Made by a program: the position numbers and the translations under genes. From an uncultured Christensenella sp. (GTDB taxonomy: Bacteria; Bacillota; Clostridia; Christensenellales; Borkfalkiaceae), in assembly GCA_910577555.1 (NCBI GenBank), contig CAJTLF010000009.1, positions 4,709 to 68,708 of the forward strand: 64,000 nt of DNA, written 5' to 3'. The notes below the pieces were generated by a model. It searched no databases, was not told the DNA's origin, and saw only the letters and a list, made by a program, of their open reading frames with translations. Below, one piece after another: positions 26,379 to 36,217 of the stretch (position 1 is the stretch's first letter; each line of letters starts with the position of its first letter).

Positions 26379-27668
26379 TTAAATTCGTAAACCCTTGGGC
26401 AAATGGTTTTTCGCCACTCCCTTTACTACTTTGCACCAGCCGAGCGGAAGCCCGTAATAAGTTACCACACGCCAGCCGTCGGGGTGGTCGCAATTAAACG
26501 TAAGCCCGCGGAGATACTGCTTTGCGGTGTTTTCGTCAATCTCAACGCAATTTGCCCGTTCTTTTGAAAGCGTCATTGCGAGCGAGTGCGACGGCTCGAA
26601 ACGCTTTCCGTCGGCAGAAAGTCCGCCGAGATAGACGCCGTACGATAATGGTATTTTATACTTGCTTAAATCGGGCGTGCCGCACGAAACGCTGTAAAGG
26701 CTTTTATTACGCATCGAAAGCCCGCTTATTTCCGTTTTAAGCGTTTTTGCGCTCCACTCCATAAACGAGTTCAGCAATTTTTTATCGTGAACTTGGGGGA
26801 CTATTACTGGTAAATCTCTACGCTCACCGCCGCGCTTTTCGAATACGGCGCAAAAATGCCCTTCACCGCGCACCTTATGCGGCATAAGTTTTTTTGATTT
26901 TATGAGCGTAAACTCGGGGTGAGCGGCAATAAAATTACTTACCTGCAATTCGTCTTCTTCGCGCGAGAAAGTACAGGTTGAGTATACCAGCCTGCCGCCT
27001 GCTGCGAGCATTTTTGCCGCATCGCTTAAAATACTTTCCTGCCTGCGGGCGCAGAGAGCGACCGATTCCAAGCTCCATTCGGGGATTGCCGCCTTCTCTT
27101 TTTTAAACATTCCTTCGCCCGAGCAAGGCGCATCGACGAGAATTTTATCGAAATAGCTATCAAAAACGGTTGAAAGCTTTTGCGCGTCGCACGAAGTTAT
27201 CAAAGCGTTCGCAACGCCCATTCGCTCTACGTTAGAGCGCAGAATTTCCGCGCGTTTGGGAATGATTTCGTTCAACACAAGCACGCCCGCACCGCGCATA
27301 TCCTGTGCGAGCTGAGTACCCTTGCCGCCCGGAGCGGAGCATAAGTCAAGCACTCTCTCGCCGGCTTTTACTTCGAGTTCGGGTGCGGCGCACGCCGCCG
27401 ACGGCTCCTGTACGTAATACGCACCCGCCGCGTGCAAAACGTGTCTGCCGAGATTTTCTTCGTTAGTATAGTAACAGTCTTTCGCCCACGGCACTTCGCC
27501 GTCAAGCTTAATCGGCGTTATTTTTTCAAATTCTTCTTTGGAAAGCTTTAAAGTATTTACCCTTATTCCGCGAACGGGCGGGACTTCGTATGATTTCAAA
27601 AAGGCGGGAAACTCGTCGCCGAGTTCACGCTCGGCTCTCGACAAAAAATCACGGGGTAGCTCAACCAT
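26379..27668 (-). CDS. NOL1/NOP2/Sun-family RNA cytosine-C5 methyltransferase (RsmF/RsmB-like) with C-terminal PUA-like extension
   Basis: VLDLCSAPGGKGT (SAM motif I). DAPCSGEGM (motif IV, catalytic Cys). YSTCT (motif VI). Confidence 0.85.
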   Translation of the reverse strand: MVELPRDFLSRAERELGDEFPAFLKSYEVPPVRGIRVNTLKLSKEEFEKITPIKLDGEVPWAKDCYYTNEENLGRHVLHAAGAYYVQEPSAACAAPELEVKAGERVLDLCSAPGGKGTQLAQDMRGAGVLVLNEIIPKRAEILRSNVERMGVANALITSCDAQKLSTVFDSYFDKILVDAPCSGEGMFKKEKAAIPEWSLESVALCARRQESILSDAAKMLAAGGRLVYSTCTFSREEDELQVSNFIAAHPEFTLIKSKKLMPHKVRGEGHFCAVFEKRGGERRDLPVIVPQVHDKKLLNSFMEWSAKTLKTEISGLSMRNKSLYSVSCGTPDLSKYKIPLSYGVYLGGLSADGKRFEPSHSLAMTLSKERANCVEIDENTAKQYLRGLTFNCDHPDGWRVVTYYGLPLGWCKVVKGVAKNHLPKGLRI

Positions 27669-28623
27669 TTAAAAGCTCCCCCAGATTTTCAAGACTAAGT
27701 ATAGTCTTATTGCCCGCAACCGCCTTTTTCGTGCGGTCGGTTTCGTCGCCGTCAGGTCTTACGAAATAGTCGCACTCTTCCACGTGCTGACTGTATTTAC
27801 CGCCCAACGAATAAATTTTATCCACCAACGGAATGGACTGCTCCACGTCGTCTTCTATGGCGCGGGAAAAATTGAACGTTTTGCCGCCGAGCAAGCCGCC
27901 TCGCTTAAAGCGTTTACGGCTAAGGTTGTTGTAAAAAGCTATGCGGGCGTTTGCGCGGGCTATCTTTGCCGCTTTTCTTTCCCTTTTGTACGATTTGAAG
28001 CTGCGTGTCTGCGGGCGGGTCACGGTATAGTTTTCGATTTTACCGTAAGTAAAGCCGAGTTCCTTACAAAGCCCGTCTAAATCGCAACCGTAACGCTCGC
28101 ACATAGCCTGAACGACGCGCATCGTCGCATATGCGTCGTCTACGGCGCGGTGCGGGGTAAATTCCACACCCAACTCGTTTGCTATATGCTCAAGCCCGAA
28201 CTGGTGCGAAAAGTCGTTTATACTCGACATAAACAAAAGCTGGCTGTCTGCAAACGAAAATCTGAACGACGGTAATCTGAACCTGCGCGTTTCAAGATTG
28301 AGATATTTCACGTCGTTTAAGACGGCGTGACCGAGCACGCGCGTTTCGCCGTCTTCCAAAAGCGACTTGATTTTGGGATAGACCTGTTGAAAAGTGGGCT
28401 GTTTTTTAAATATGCCGTACTCGTAAGGCAGAATGATACCCTTTTCACCCTTTCTGTCGGTTAGCTCGAACCTGCCCTGCGGGTTTATCAGCAAGTCGCA
28501 CTTCTCTATTATATTGAATTTTTCGTCGCAGACGACGTATCCGAAAACGCATATTTTTGCGTAAAATTTGCGGACGCCGGCGCACTCTATATCGAAAAAC
28601 ACGAATTTCATAACTTTTAACAA
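27661..28623 (-). CDS. DEDDh 3'-5' exonuclease domain protein with basic C-terminal extension
   Basis: FFDIECAG (ExoI), GHAVLNDVKYL (ExoII) and HRAVDDAYAT (ExoIII, H-x4-D). 8-nt overlap with the downstream methyltransferase. Confidence 0.75.
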   Translation of the reverse strand: MLKVMKFVFFDIECAGVRKFYAKICVFGYVVCDEKFNIIEKCDLLINPQGRFELTDRKGEKGIILPYEYGIFKKQPTFQQVYPKIKSLLEDGETRVLGHAVLNDVKYLNLETRRFRLPSFRFSFADSQLLFMSSINDFSHQFGLEHIANELGVEFTPHRAVDDAYATMRVVQAMCERYGCDLDGLCKELGFTYGKIENYTVTRPQTRSFKSYKRERKAAKIARANARIAFYNNLSRKRFKRGGLLGGKTFNFSRAIEDDVEQSIPLVDKIYSLGGKYSQHVEECDYFVRPDGDETDRTKKAVAGNKTILSLENLGELLNG

Positions 28624-28694
28624 TTATATCACACGGCAATACAAATATCAAACACATATTGACTTTTGTCGATAATTATAATATAATTTTGCGT

Positions 28695-29402
28695 ATGAAA
28701 AAGTTACTTTCGATAATTTTGCCCGAAGTTGACGCGGGCGAAACTGAAAACACGCCCGATGAAGTGGAAATTCTGAGCTTTAGCGACGATAAATCGCTTA
28801 TTGACGCCGTAAAGCGTGCAAAGGGGAAATTTTCGCTCGTTGCGCGGGACGACGTGGAATGCGACCTGTCCGACGACTTTTTTAAAGAACTTGACGGCGC
28901 AAACGCCGATGTTATTAAATACGGAAAGGGATTTTTGGTTAAAACTGCCAATCTGCGCGGTGCGGTAAATAAATACAGCAATTCATGCACTGATATTTAC
29001 GCTGTTCTATCGTGCAAGACTGCGGTTAAAAGCGATAAAACGCCCTTTTCTTTCAAGACTGCGGGCAGTAAATATTCGGAAAGCGACGGACAGGCGATTA
29101 TTTTACTTTTGGAAGAATTTAAAAAAAGTAAGGCAAAGCTTTCAAAGGAAGTTTACGCGATTGCTTTCGACGAAATCTGCGAGCGGGTTATACGGCATAT
29201 CGCGCTTGGATTGATTGCGGTGCGCGAAAACGTTATCAAAGCCGAAGTTATGGCTGAATTCGACGCAAAATTAAAGGATAACATAGTTTTATACCTTGCC
29301 GTGGAAAAAAGATTTTCATTTGAAAATCTGAAAAAAACGAGAGAGCGCGGCTATAAAACGGGATTTTTCACCTATAAAAAACTGAAAAAGATTTACGGAT
29401 AA
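28695..29402 (+). CDS. Hypothetical protein (degenerate GT-A-like N-terminus?)
   Basis: The ORF track opens at 28659; ATG 28695 (MKKLLSIILPEVD) is preferred. No confident family. Confidence 0.45.
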   Translation: MKKLLSIILPEVDAGETENTPDEVEILSFSDDKSLIDAVKRAKGKFSLVARDDVECDLSDDFFKELDGANADVIKYGKGFLVKTANLRGAVNKYSNSCTDIYAVLSCKTAVKSDKTPFSFKTAGSKYSESDGQAIILLLEEFKKSKAKLSKEVYAIAFDEICERVIRHIALGLIAVRENVIKAEVMAEFDAKLKDNIVLYLAVEKRFSFENLKKTRERGYKTGFFTYKKLKKIYG

Positions 29403-29409
29403 AAAATTA

Positions 29410-29446
29410 CAGCCGAGCAGGTTTGAATCTGCTCGGCTGTTGCTTT
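29410..29446. terminator. Bidirectional intrinsic terminator
   Basis: CAGCCGAGCAG-gtttgaat-CTGCTCGGCTG-ttgcttt, preceded by aaaaaa. Confidence 0.75.
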
Positions 29447-29461
29447 ATACAGGTTATAAAA

Positions 29462-30751
29462 TTACTTTTTGGGGAGTATTTTATCTTTGCCGCCCATATA
29501 CGGACGGAGAACGGGCGGAATGTATACGCTACCGTCTTTCTGAAGGTGATTTTCAAGAAAAGCTATAAGCATTCTGGGCGGGGCAACGACCGTATTGTTG
29601 AGAGTGTGTACGAACTCGTTTTTGCCGCTTTCCGCCTTGTATCTTATGCCGAGACGCCTTGCCTGCGCGTCGGTAAGGTTGGAACAACTGCCCACTTCGA
29701 AATATTTTTTCTGGCGGGGACTCCACGCTTCTATGTCACAGCTCTTGTATTTCAAGTCTGCCAAGTCGCCCGAACAGCAGATAAGCTGTCTTACGGGTAT
29801 TTCCATAGAAACGAAAAGCTCTACGGTATAATTCCAAAGCTTTTCGTACCAGTAGTCGCTCTCTTCGGGCTTGCAAAGCACTATCATTTCCTGTTTTTCA
29901 AACTGGTGAATTCGGTAAATGCCGCGCTCTTCTATACCGTGTGCGCCCTTTTCCTTTCTGAAACAGGGCGAATAAGACGTAAGCGTTTGCGGGAGAGAAT
30001 TTTCGGGCAGTATCGTATTCATAAATCTGCCTATCATGGAATGCTCGGAAGTGCCGATAAGATAAAGGTCTTCCCCTTCTATCTTGTACATCATTCCGTC
30101 CATTTCTTCAAAGGACATAACGCCCGAAACGACGTCACTGCGTATCATATAAGGGGGAATACAGTAAGTAAAGCCCTTGTCAATCATAAAATCGCGGGCG
30201 TAAGACAATACCGCGGAATGCAGGCGGGCTATATCGCCCGTGAGATAATAAAAGCCGTTGCCGCTCGTTCTTCTCGCGCTGTCCAAATCTATGCCGTTAA
30301 GGCTTTCGAGAATATCGAGATGATAGGGAACTTCAAAAGGCTTTTCGGCGTGGTCAAGGTATTTTTTGCCTTCCACGTTCTGACTGTCGTCCTTGCCCAA
30401 AGGTACGTCGGCGGCGATTATATTGGGGATAATCATCATATCCGCTTTTAATTTCTGCTCGATTTCGGCGGTTTCGCTCTCTATCTTAGCTATGCGCTCG
30501 TTATCGGCTTTTGACTGCGCCTTGGCTTTCTCGGCTTCGTCCTTTTTGCCTTCGCGCATAAAAACGCCTATCTGCTTTGCAAGCGAATTGCGACGGGCGC
30601 GCAGAGCGTCCCCTTCCTGCTGAAGCTCGCGCTTTTTTTTGTCGAGTTCGATTACTTCGTCTACTACGGGCAGTTTTTTGTCCTGAAACTTCTTTTTTAT
30701 ATTCTCTTTCACCAAATCGGGATTTTCACGGATAAGATTGATATCAATCAT
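29462..30751 (-). CDS. serS: Seryl-tRNA synthetase
   Basis: N-terminal coiled-coil MIDINLIRENPD. Class II motifs (FRKE, GIYRIHQFEK, SCSN..D.QARR). Confidence 0.92.
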   Translation of the reverse strand: MIDINLIRENPDLVKENIKKKFQDKKLPVVDEVIELDKKKRELQQEGDALRARRNSLAKQIGVFMREGKKDEAEKAKAQSKADNERIAKIESETAEIEQKLKADMMIIPNIIAADVPLGKDDSQNVEGKKYLDHAEKPFEVPYHLDILESLNGIDLDSARRTSGNGFYYLTGDIARLHSAVLSYARDFMIDKGFTYCIPPYMIRSDVVSGVMSFEEMDGMMYKIEGEDLYLIGTSEHSMIGRFMNTILPENSLPQTLTSYSPCFRKEKGAHGIEERGIYRIHQFEKQEMIVLCKPEESDYWYEKLWNYTVELFVSMEIPVRQLICCSGDLADLKYKSCDIEAWSPRQKKYFEVGSCSNLTDAQARRLGIRYKAESGKNEFVHTLNNTVVAPPRMLIAFLENHLQKDGSVYIPPVLRPYMGGKDKILPKK

Positions 30752-30782
30752 TTTTTACGCCTCGGAAAATTAATTTAAGTAT

Positions 30783-30811
30783 ATTATACTTAAAATAAAC
30801 GGCAAAAGCAA
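30783..30811 (-). promoter_or_regulatory. serS promoter
   Basis: Minus strand: TTGCTT (30811-30806), 17 nt, TATAAT (30788-30783). Leaves only about 25 nt of 5' UTR, so there is no room for a T-box. Confidence 0.55.
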
Positions 30812-30830
30812 ATAAATCTGTTTTAAATTC

Positions 30831-30859
30831 TTGAAAAACAGTCATATTTGTGTTATACT
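30831..30859 (+). promoter_or_regulatory. Promoter (extended -10) for the P-type ATPase
   Basis: TTGAAA (30831-30836), 17 nt containing TGt, TATACT (30854-30859). Confidence 0.55.
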
Positions 30860-30890
30860 TAAATTGTATTATAATATTCATCGGAAATAT

Positions 30891-33605
30891 ATGAGCAAGA
30901 TATTTTTTAAAGTGAACAACAAAAAAGCGGACGACGTTGAAAAGGAAAACGCCGAAATTCCCGTAACGGAGAATACTGCGGTTGCAACTGAACCCGCGCC
31001 CGAGCAGAAAAAGAGCGATGAACCCGTTCAGATTGCGCTTTTCCCCGAAGACGAGCAACGGGACGCCGCCGCGGATGATACTTCCGCCAATATGGGCAAA
31101 GAGCCGTTCGATAAGGAAAAGATAGTTAAATATTTTAAAAGACACCCCAAAAAAACTATTAATTCCAAGGTGGGCAGGTTCTCGCCAAAACTGAACAAGG
31201 GTCTGACGCAAAGTCAGGTTGAAACACGGTTCAGACAGTTCCTGTTTAACGACACCAATAAGAAGTACTCCCGTTCGTACGCGAGTATTTTTATAGGGAA
31301 TATCTGTACCTTCTTCAACTTGCTGTGCCTTATTGCCTTTATCGCACTGGTGCTTGCAAACACGCAGGGGTTTTCGAACTATCTGGTAATTATAATTACC
31401 ACGGCGAATATCGTTATAGGAATTATTCAGGAAATCCGTTCCAAGCTCGCCATAGACAAACTTTCAATTCTTGCGAATAATTCGGTTAAAGTAATACGGG
31501 ACGGGGAAACGATAGAGATACCCGTTCAGGAAATAGTGCTTGACGACGTGATAATACTTGAATTGGGCAGTCAGGTTCCCGCCGACGTTATACTTGCCGA
31601 AGGCGCGGTTGAAGTGAACGAAAGCCTTTTGACGGGCGAAAGCGTTTCCATTAAAAAACAGGCGGGCGATTTGCTGTATGCGGGCAGCTTTATTGCGAGC
31701 GGCAGCGGAAAGTTCAGAGTTGAAAAGGTAGGTAAGGAAACTTATCTTGAAAAGCTCACTTCCAAAGCCAAAAAGTACAAGAGACCAAACTCCGAGCTTA
31801 TGAACTCCACAAAGCTCATAATAAAGTGCGTTTCGTTGCTCATAATTCCCATTGCAATCGGTACCTTCCTTACTACTCTGCACAATATCGATTACACGGA
31901 CGAAACTTATATGAAAGTTATTCCGTGGTTGTTCAGTCAGGAAATTAACTATGCGATACAGCGCACCTGTACGGTAGTTATAGGAATGATACCTTCGGGT
32001 ATGTTGCTTTTGACGAGCCTTGCGCTTGCGCTTGGAATTTTGCGGCTTGCAAAGTCGCAGACGCTGGTACAGGATATGTACTCGCTGGAAATGCTTGCAC
32101 GAGTAAACGTTTTGTGCCTTGATAAGACGGGTACTATCACCGACGGGCGCATGCGCGTACACGATACCGTAATTTTAAATACCGTAGGCGATATTTCGCT
32201 TAACGATATTATGGGAAGTATGTTGCGTGAGCTTGACGGCAACAACCAGACTTCGATTGCCCTTTACAATCATTTCGGATACAACGACAAATTTACCGCA
32301 ACCGCGAAAATACCCTTTTCTTCAAAGCGGAAGCTTTCCGCAGTCACCTTTGACGAAGGCGGAACTTACGCTATGGGCGCGCCCGAGTTCGTACTCAAGC
32401 CCTATCCCGCAAAAGTTGAAAAGCTTGTAAAACAGTATGCGCAGATGGGCTTGCGAGTAATCGTGCTTGCGCACTCCCCCGCCCCTATCGTCGGCGAAAA
32501 GTTGCCCGCGGTTATGAAACCGATTGCAATAATTTCAATTGCGGACAACGTACGCGAAGACGCCGTTGAAACCATTAAATGGTTTAAAGAAAACGAAGTA
32601 GACGTAAAAGTAATTTCGGGCGATAACCCCGTAACCGTTTCCGAAGTGGCGAAACGCGCGGGAATTGTAAACGCAGATAAGTTTATATCTCTTGACGGGC
32701 TTAACGACAAGGAAGTTGAAAACGTAGCCAACAAGTACACGGTATTCGGGCGCGTTTCACCAGAGCAAAAGGCGATACTCGTGCGCTCGATTAAATCGCA
32801 CGGAAACACAGTTGCAATGACGGGCGACGGCGTAAACGACATACTCGCGTTAAAGGAAGCCGATTGCGCGATTTCGGTTGCGTCGGGAAGTGAAGCGGCG
32901 AGAAACGTGAGCCATCTCGTGCTAATGGATAACAACTTCAACTCGATGCCCAAAGTAGTTGCGGAAGGCAGGCGGGTTATAAACAACATTAAAAACTCGT
33001 CTTCACTGTACCTTATGAAAACGCTGTTTACGGCAATTCTGGCGTTTTTGTGCATATGCCTTGGGCAACCCTATCTGTTTATGCCGCAAAATATGTTGCT
33101 TTTGGAAGTTGCGATTATAGCCGTTCCTTCCTTCTTCATATCGTTACAGCCCAACAAGGAAAGGGTGCAAGGCAAGTTTATTTCGCACGTAATGAGCGGG
33201 GCGGTTTCGGGGTCGGTACTGATGATACTATGCGTTATGGCAATGTATCTTACGAACGTATTTAACCCCGACGAATTCGGTTCGCACTACCTTGCAATGT
33301 GTATGATGGCGTTGACATTCTCCGGTTTCGTAATGGTGTTCCGCATTTGTCAGCCATTCAACGTTTACCGCGCCGTACTGTGCGCCGCCGTGTTCGCGCT
33401 GTGCGTTACAGCTTACGCCGTGCCGTTCATAACCGAAACGCTGTTATACGCGGGCTGGCAGGCGCTTGAATGGGATTATGCGAAGATACTTACGATAGTC
33501 GTCGTAATAGAAGCGGCGTTCCCCATTTCAGGCTGGCTGATTGAGCTTATGCACCTGATTATGCCATCTGCAAAAAGACGGCAGAAACAGGAAATCAAAC
33601 AATAA
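30891..33605 (+). CDS. Cation-translocating P-type ATPase with about 110-aa low-complexity N-terminal extension
   Basis: LTGES (actuator), DKTGTITDG (phosphorylation site), MTGDGVNDILALKEAD (hinge), about 10 TM. ATG 30891 preferred over the ORF-track start 30831. Confidence 0.85.
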   Translation: MSKIFFKVNNKKADDVEKENAEIPVTENTAVATEPAPEQKKSDEPVQIALFPEDEQRDAAADDTSANMGKEPFDKEKIVKYFKRHPKKTINSKVGRFSPKLNKGLTQSQVETRFRQFLFNDTNKKYSRSYASIFIGNICTFFNLLCLIAFIALVLANTQGFSNYLVIIITTANIVIGIIQEIRSKLAIDKLSILANNSVKVIRDGETIEIPVQEIVLDDVIILELGSQVPADVILAEGAVEVNESLLTGESVSIKKQAGDLLYAGSFIASGSGKFRVEKVGKETYLEKLTSKAKKYKRPNSELMNSTKLIIKCVSLLIIPIAIGTFLTTLHNIDYTDETYMKVIPWLFSQEINYAIQRTCTVVIGMIPSGMLLLTSLALALGILRLAKSQTLVQDMYSLEMLARVNVLCLDKTGTITDGRMRVHDTVILNTVGDISLNDIMGSMLRELDGNNQTSIALYNHFGYNDKFTATAKIPFSSKRKLSAVTFDEGGTYAMGAPEFVLKPYPAKVEKLVKQYAQMGLRVIVLAHSPAPIVGEKLPAVMKPIAIISIADNVREDAVETIKWFKENEVDVKVISGDNPVTVSEVAKRAGIVNADKFISLDGLNDKEVENVANKYTVFGRVSPEQKAILVRSIKSHGNTVAMTGDGVNDILALKEADCAISVASGSEAARNVSHLVLMDNNFNSMPKVVAEGRRVINNIKNSSSLYLMKTLFTAILAFLCICLGQPYLFMPQNMLLLEVAIIAVPSFFISLQPNKERVQGKFISHVMSGAVSGSVLMILCVMAMYLTNVFNPDEFGSHYLAMCMMALTFSGFVMVFRICQPFNVYRAVLCAAVFALCVTAYAVPFITETLLYAGWQALEWDYAKILTIVVVIEAAFPISGWLIELMHLIMPSAKRRQKQEIKQ

Positions 33606-33611
33606 GTTAAT

Positions 33612-33650
33612 AAAAAAGCCCCCGAGCCGTCGGCTCGGGGGCTTTTATTT
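33612..33650. terminator. Bidirectional intrinsic terminator
   Basis: aaaaaa-GCCCCCGAGCC-gtcg-GCTCGGGGGC-ttttatttt. Confidence 0.85.
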
Positions 33651-33666
33651 TACGGTATTATAGGAA

Positions 33667-36204
33667 TTACTCTTCTTCCGTTTGCAAATCTTCGGGAGTT
33701 GCTTCTTCGGGTGCGGCGGTTTCCGCGTCGTCGTCGCGCTCGGTTACCGCTACGGTTGCGACAAGCCCGTCTTTAAGACGCATAAGTCTTACGCCGCGCG
33801 CACTTCTGCCTATGGTAGAGATTGACGAGCAGTGCATTCTTATTATCGTACCGCCGTCCGAAATAATCATGATATCGTCGTCGTCGGTAACCTGTTTTAA
33901 ATTGATTAAATTGCCCGTTACTTCGTTGAAAGTACCTGCCTTGATACCTTTGCCGGCTCTGCCCTGAACGCGGTAATCTTCAATCTTACTGCGCTTACCG
34001 TAGCCGCCCGTAGTTACGGTGAGTACGTCTTTACTTTCGTCCACCACGAGCATATCCACGAGCGCGTCGTCGTCGCCGAGCTTCATTGCCTTTACGCCCG
34101 CGGTATCTCTGCCCATCGAGCGCACGTTGCTCTCGTCAAAGCGGATACATTTGCCGCCCTTTGACGCAATCATAAGCTCGTCGCTGCCCGTAGTGAACTG
34201 CACGGATATGAGCGTATCGTCGTCGTTGAGCTTGATTGCGATTTTACCGTTTTTATTGATGCGGGCAAACTCTTCGAGTCTGGTCTTTTTGATAAGTCCG
34301 TTGCGGGTAGCAAACGCTATATAGCCTTCCGCGTCCGCCTTTACGGGAATAATCGTGGTAATCTTTTCGTCCTGAGTTATCTGAACGAGATTTACTACCG
34401 CTCTGCCGCGCGCCGTACGCGCCGCTTCGGGTATTTCGTACGCTTTTATTCTGTATACCCTGCCCTTATCGGAGAACAGCAACAGGAAGTCGTGCGAAGA
34501 GCAGACAAACATTCTTTCAACGAAGTCTTCTTCCTTGGGTCTATGCGCCGTAATGCCCTTGCCGCCGCGGTTCTGTGCGTGGTATTCGGTTACGGGCAAT
34601 CTCTTTACGTAGCCCGTATGGGTCATGGAAACGACCACCTGTTCTACGGGGATTAAATCTTCGTCTTCTATATCGCCGCTGAAATCAACGGCAATTTCCG
34701 TTCTTCTTTCCGAAGGGTATTTGCGTTTCGTTTCAAGCAAGTCCGTTTTGATAATGTCGAGAACGCGGCTCTCGTTTGCGAGAATATCCTTATAATCGGC
34801 TATTGCCGCTTCAAGACCGGTCAATTCTTCGTTGAGTTTATCAACTTCCAGATGGGAAATACGGAAGAGCCTTAACTCCGCAACCGCCGTAGCCTGTTTT
34901 TCGTCCAGAGCAAAGTTTGCGGTAAGCTTCTGCACGCAGTCCGTTTTATCGCGGGCGTTCTTACATACTTCCACGACTTCGTTTATGCTCGCCTGAGCTA
35001 TTACCAAGCCGCGCAGAATATGAGCGCGTTCTTCGGTCTTGTTCAAGTCGTATTTTGTGCGGCGGACGATTACGTCTTTCTGATGCTCGAGATAGTAATA
35101 CAGGCACTCTTTAAGGTTTAATATCTTGGGCGTGCCGTCCACGAGCGCGAGCATTATTATGCCGTCGGAAACCTGCAAGCTGGTGTGTTTATATAAAAGG
35201 TTTAAAACGACCTGAGCGTTGGCGTCCTTCTTGACTTCTATGACGACGCGCATACCGTCGCGGTCAGACTCTTCGCGGATATCCGAAATACCTTCGAGCT
35301 TTTTGTTCTTTACAAGGTCGGCGATATTTTCAACCAGCCTTGCTTTATTAACCTGATAGGGTATTTCCGTTACTACTATGCGGGTGCGGGTAGTGTTGCC
35401 GCTCTGATACTCTTCTATTTCGCAACGCGAGCGGATTATAATACTGCCCCTGCCCGTGCGGTAAGCCTTTTTGATGCCGCTCCTGCCCATAATGAGCGCG
35501 CCCGTAGGGAAGTCGGGAGCGGGGATATATTCCATTAATCCGTCAACGTCTATGTCGGGATTGTCGATTAACGCCACTACGCCGTCTATACACTCGGCAA
35601 GGTTGTGCGGGGGGATGTTGGTTGCCATACCAACCGCTATGCCGTCCGAGCCGTTTACGAGCATATTGGGGAACCTTGCGGGAAGAACGGCGGGCTGCAT
35701 ACCCGTATCATCGAACGTGGGATAGAAATCTACCGTTTCTTTGTCAAGGTCGCGGAGCATTTCGGAAGAGAGCTTTGCGAGCCTTGCTTCCGTATATCTC
35801 ATTGCCGCGGCGGGGTCGCCGTCTACCGAGCCGAAGTTGCCGTGTCCGTCAACGAGCGGGAAGTTGATTGAAAAGTCCTGCGCGAGCCTTACGAGCGCGT
35901 CGTAGACCGAGCTGTCGCCGTGGGGGTGATATTTACCGAGACAGTCACCGACGATACGGGCGCATTTTCTGAACGCCTTATCGTAGGTTAAGCCGAGCTC
36001 GTGCATAGAATATAAAATTCTGCGGTGAACGGGCTTTAAACCGTCTCTTACGTCCGGTATCGCACGCGATACGTTTACCGCCATTGCGTAAGCTATGAAT
36101 GATTTTTTAAGCTCTTCGTCGACTTCTCTGTCGAGCATTTTCGTCATCTCGAGAGTTCTTTTAAATTCTTCGGTCAACTCGGGGCTGGTTTCTTTTTTAG
36201 CCAT
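33667..36204 (-). CDS. gyrA: DNA gyrase subunit A
   Basis: [31 protein letters not shown], catalytic AAMRYTE, C-terminal beta-pinwheel repeats and acidic tail. Confidence 0.95.
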   Translation of the reverse strand: MAKKETSPELTEEFKRTLEMTKMLDREVDEELKKSFIAYAMAVNVSRAIPDVRDGLKPVHRRILYSMHELGLTYDKAFRKCARIVGDCLGKYHPHGDSSVYDALVRLAQDFSINFPLVDGHGNFGSVDGDPAAAMRYTEARLAKLSSEMLRDLDKETVDFYPTFDDTGMQPAVLPARFPNMLVNGSDGIAVGMATNIPPHNLAECIDGVVALIDNPDIDVDGLMEYIPAPDFPTGALIMGRSGIKKAYRTGRGSIIIRSRCEIEEYQSGNTTRTRIVVTEIPYQVNKARLVENIADLVKNKKLEGISDIREESDRDGMRVVIEVKKDANAQVVLNLLYKHTSLQVSDGIIMLALVDGTPKILNLKECLYYYLEHQKDVIVRRTKYDLNKTEERAHILRGLVIAQASINEVVEVCKNARDKTDCVQKLTANFALDEKQATAVAELRLFRISHLEVDKLNEELTGLEAAIADYKDILANESRVLDIIKTDLLETKRKYPSERRTEIAVDFSGDIEDEDLIPVEQVVVSMTHTGYVKRLPVTEYHAQNRGGKGITAHRPKEEDFVERMFVCSSHDFLLLFSDKGRVYRIKAYEIPEAARTARGRAVVNLVQITQDEKITTIIPVKADAEGYIAFATRNGLIKKTRLEEFARINKNGKIAIKLNDDDTLISVQFTTGSDELMIASKGGKCIRFDESNVRSMGRDTAGVKAMKLGDDDALVDMLVVDESKDVLTVTTGGYGKRSKIEDYRVQGRAGKGIKAGTFNEVTGNLINLKQVTDDDDIMIISDGGTIIRMHCSSISTIGRSARGVRLMRLKDGLVATVAVTERDDDAETAAPEEATPEDLQTEEE

Positions 36205-36217
36205 AGATTACTCCTTT

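Noticed and set aside
30752-30890. T-box leader upstream of serS.
   Set aside because: The whole intergenic region is 139 nt and holds two divergent promoters. The predicted serS 5' UTR is about 25 nt, far too short for a T-box, and I saw no specifier or T-box sequence.
30744-31211. 155-aa minus-strand ORF overlapping the serS start and the ATPase 5' end. Also the ORF-track ATPase start at 30831.
   Set aside because: It spans two promoters and is antisense to the ATPase N-terminus. For the ATPase, the 20 extra N-terminal codons begin inside the -35 element of its own promoter, so ATG 30891 is used.
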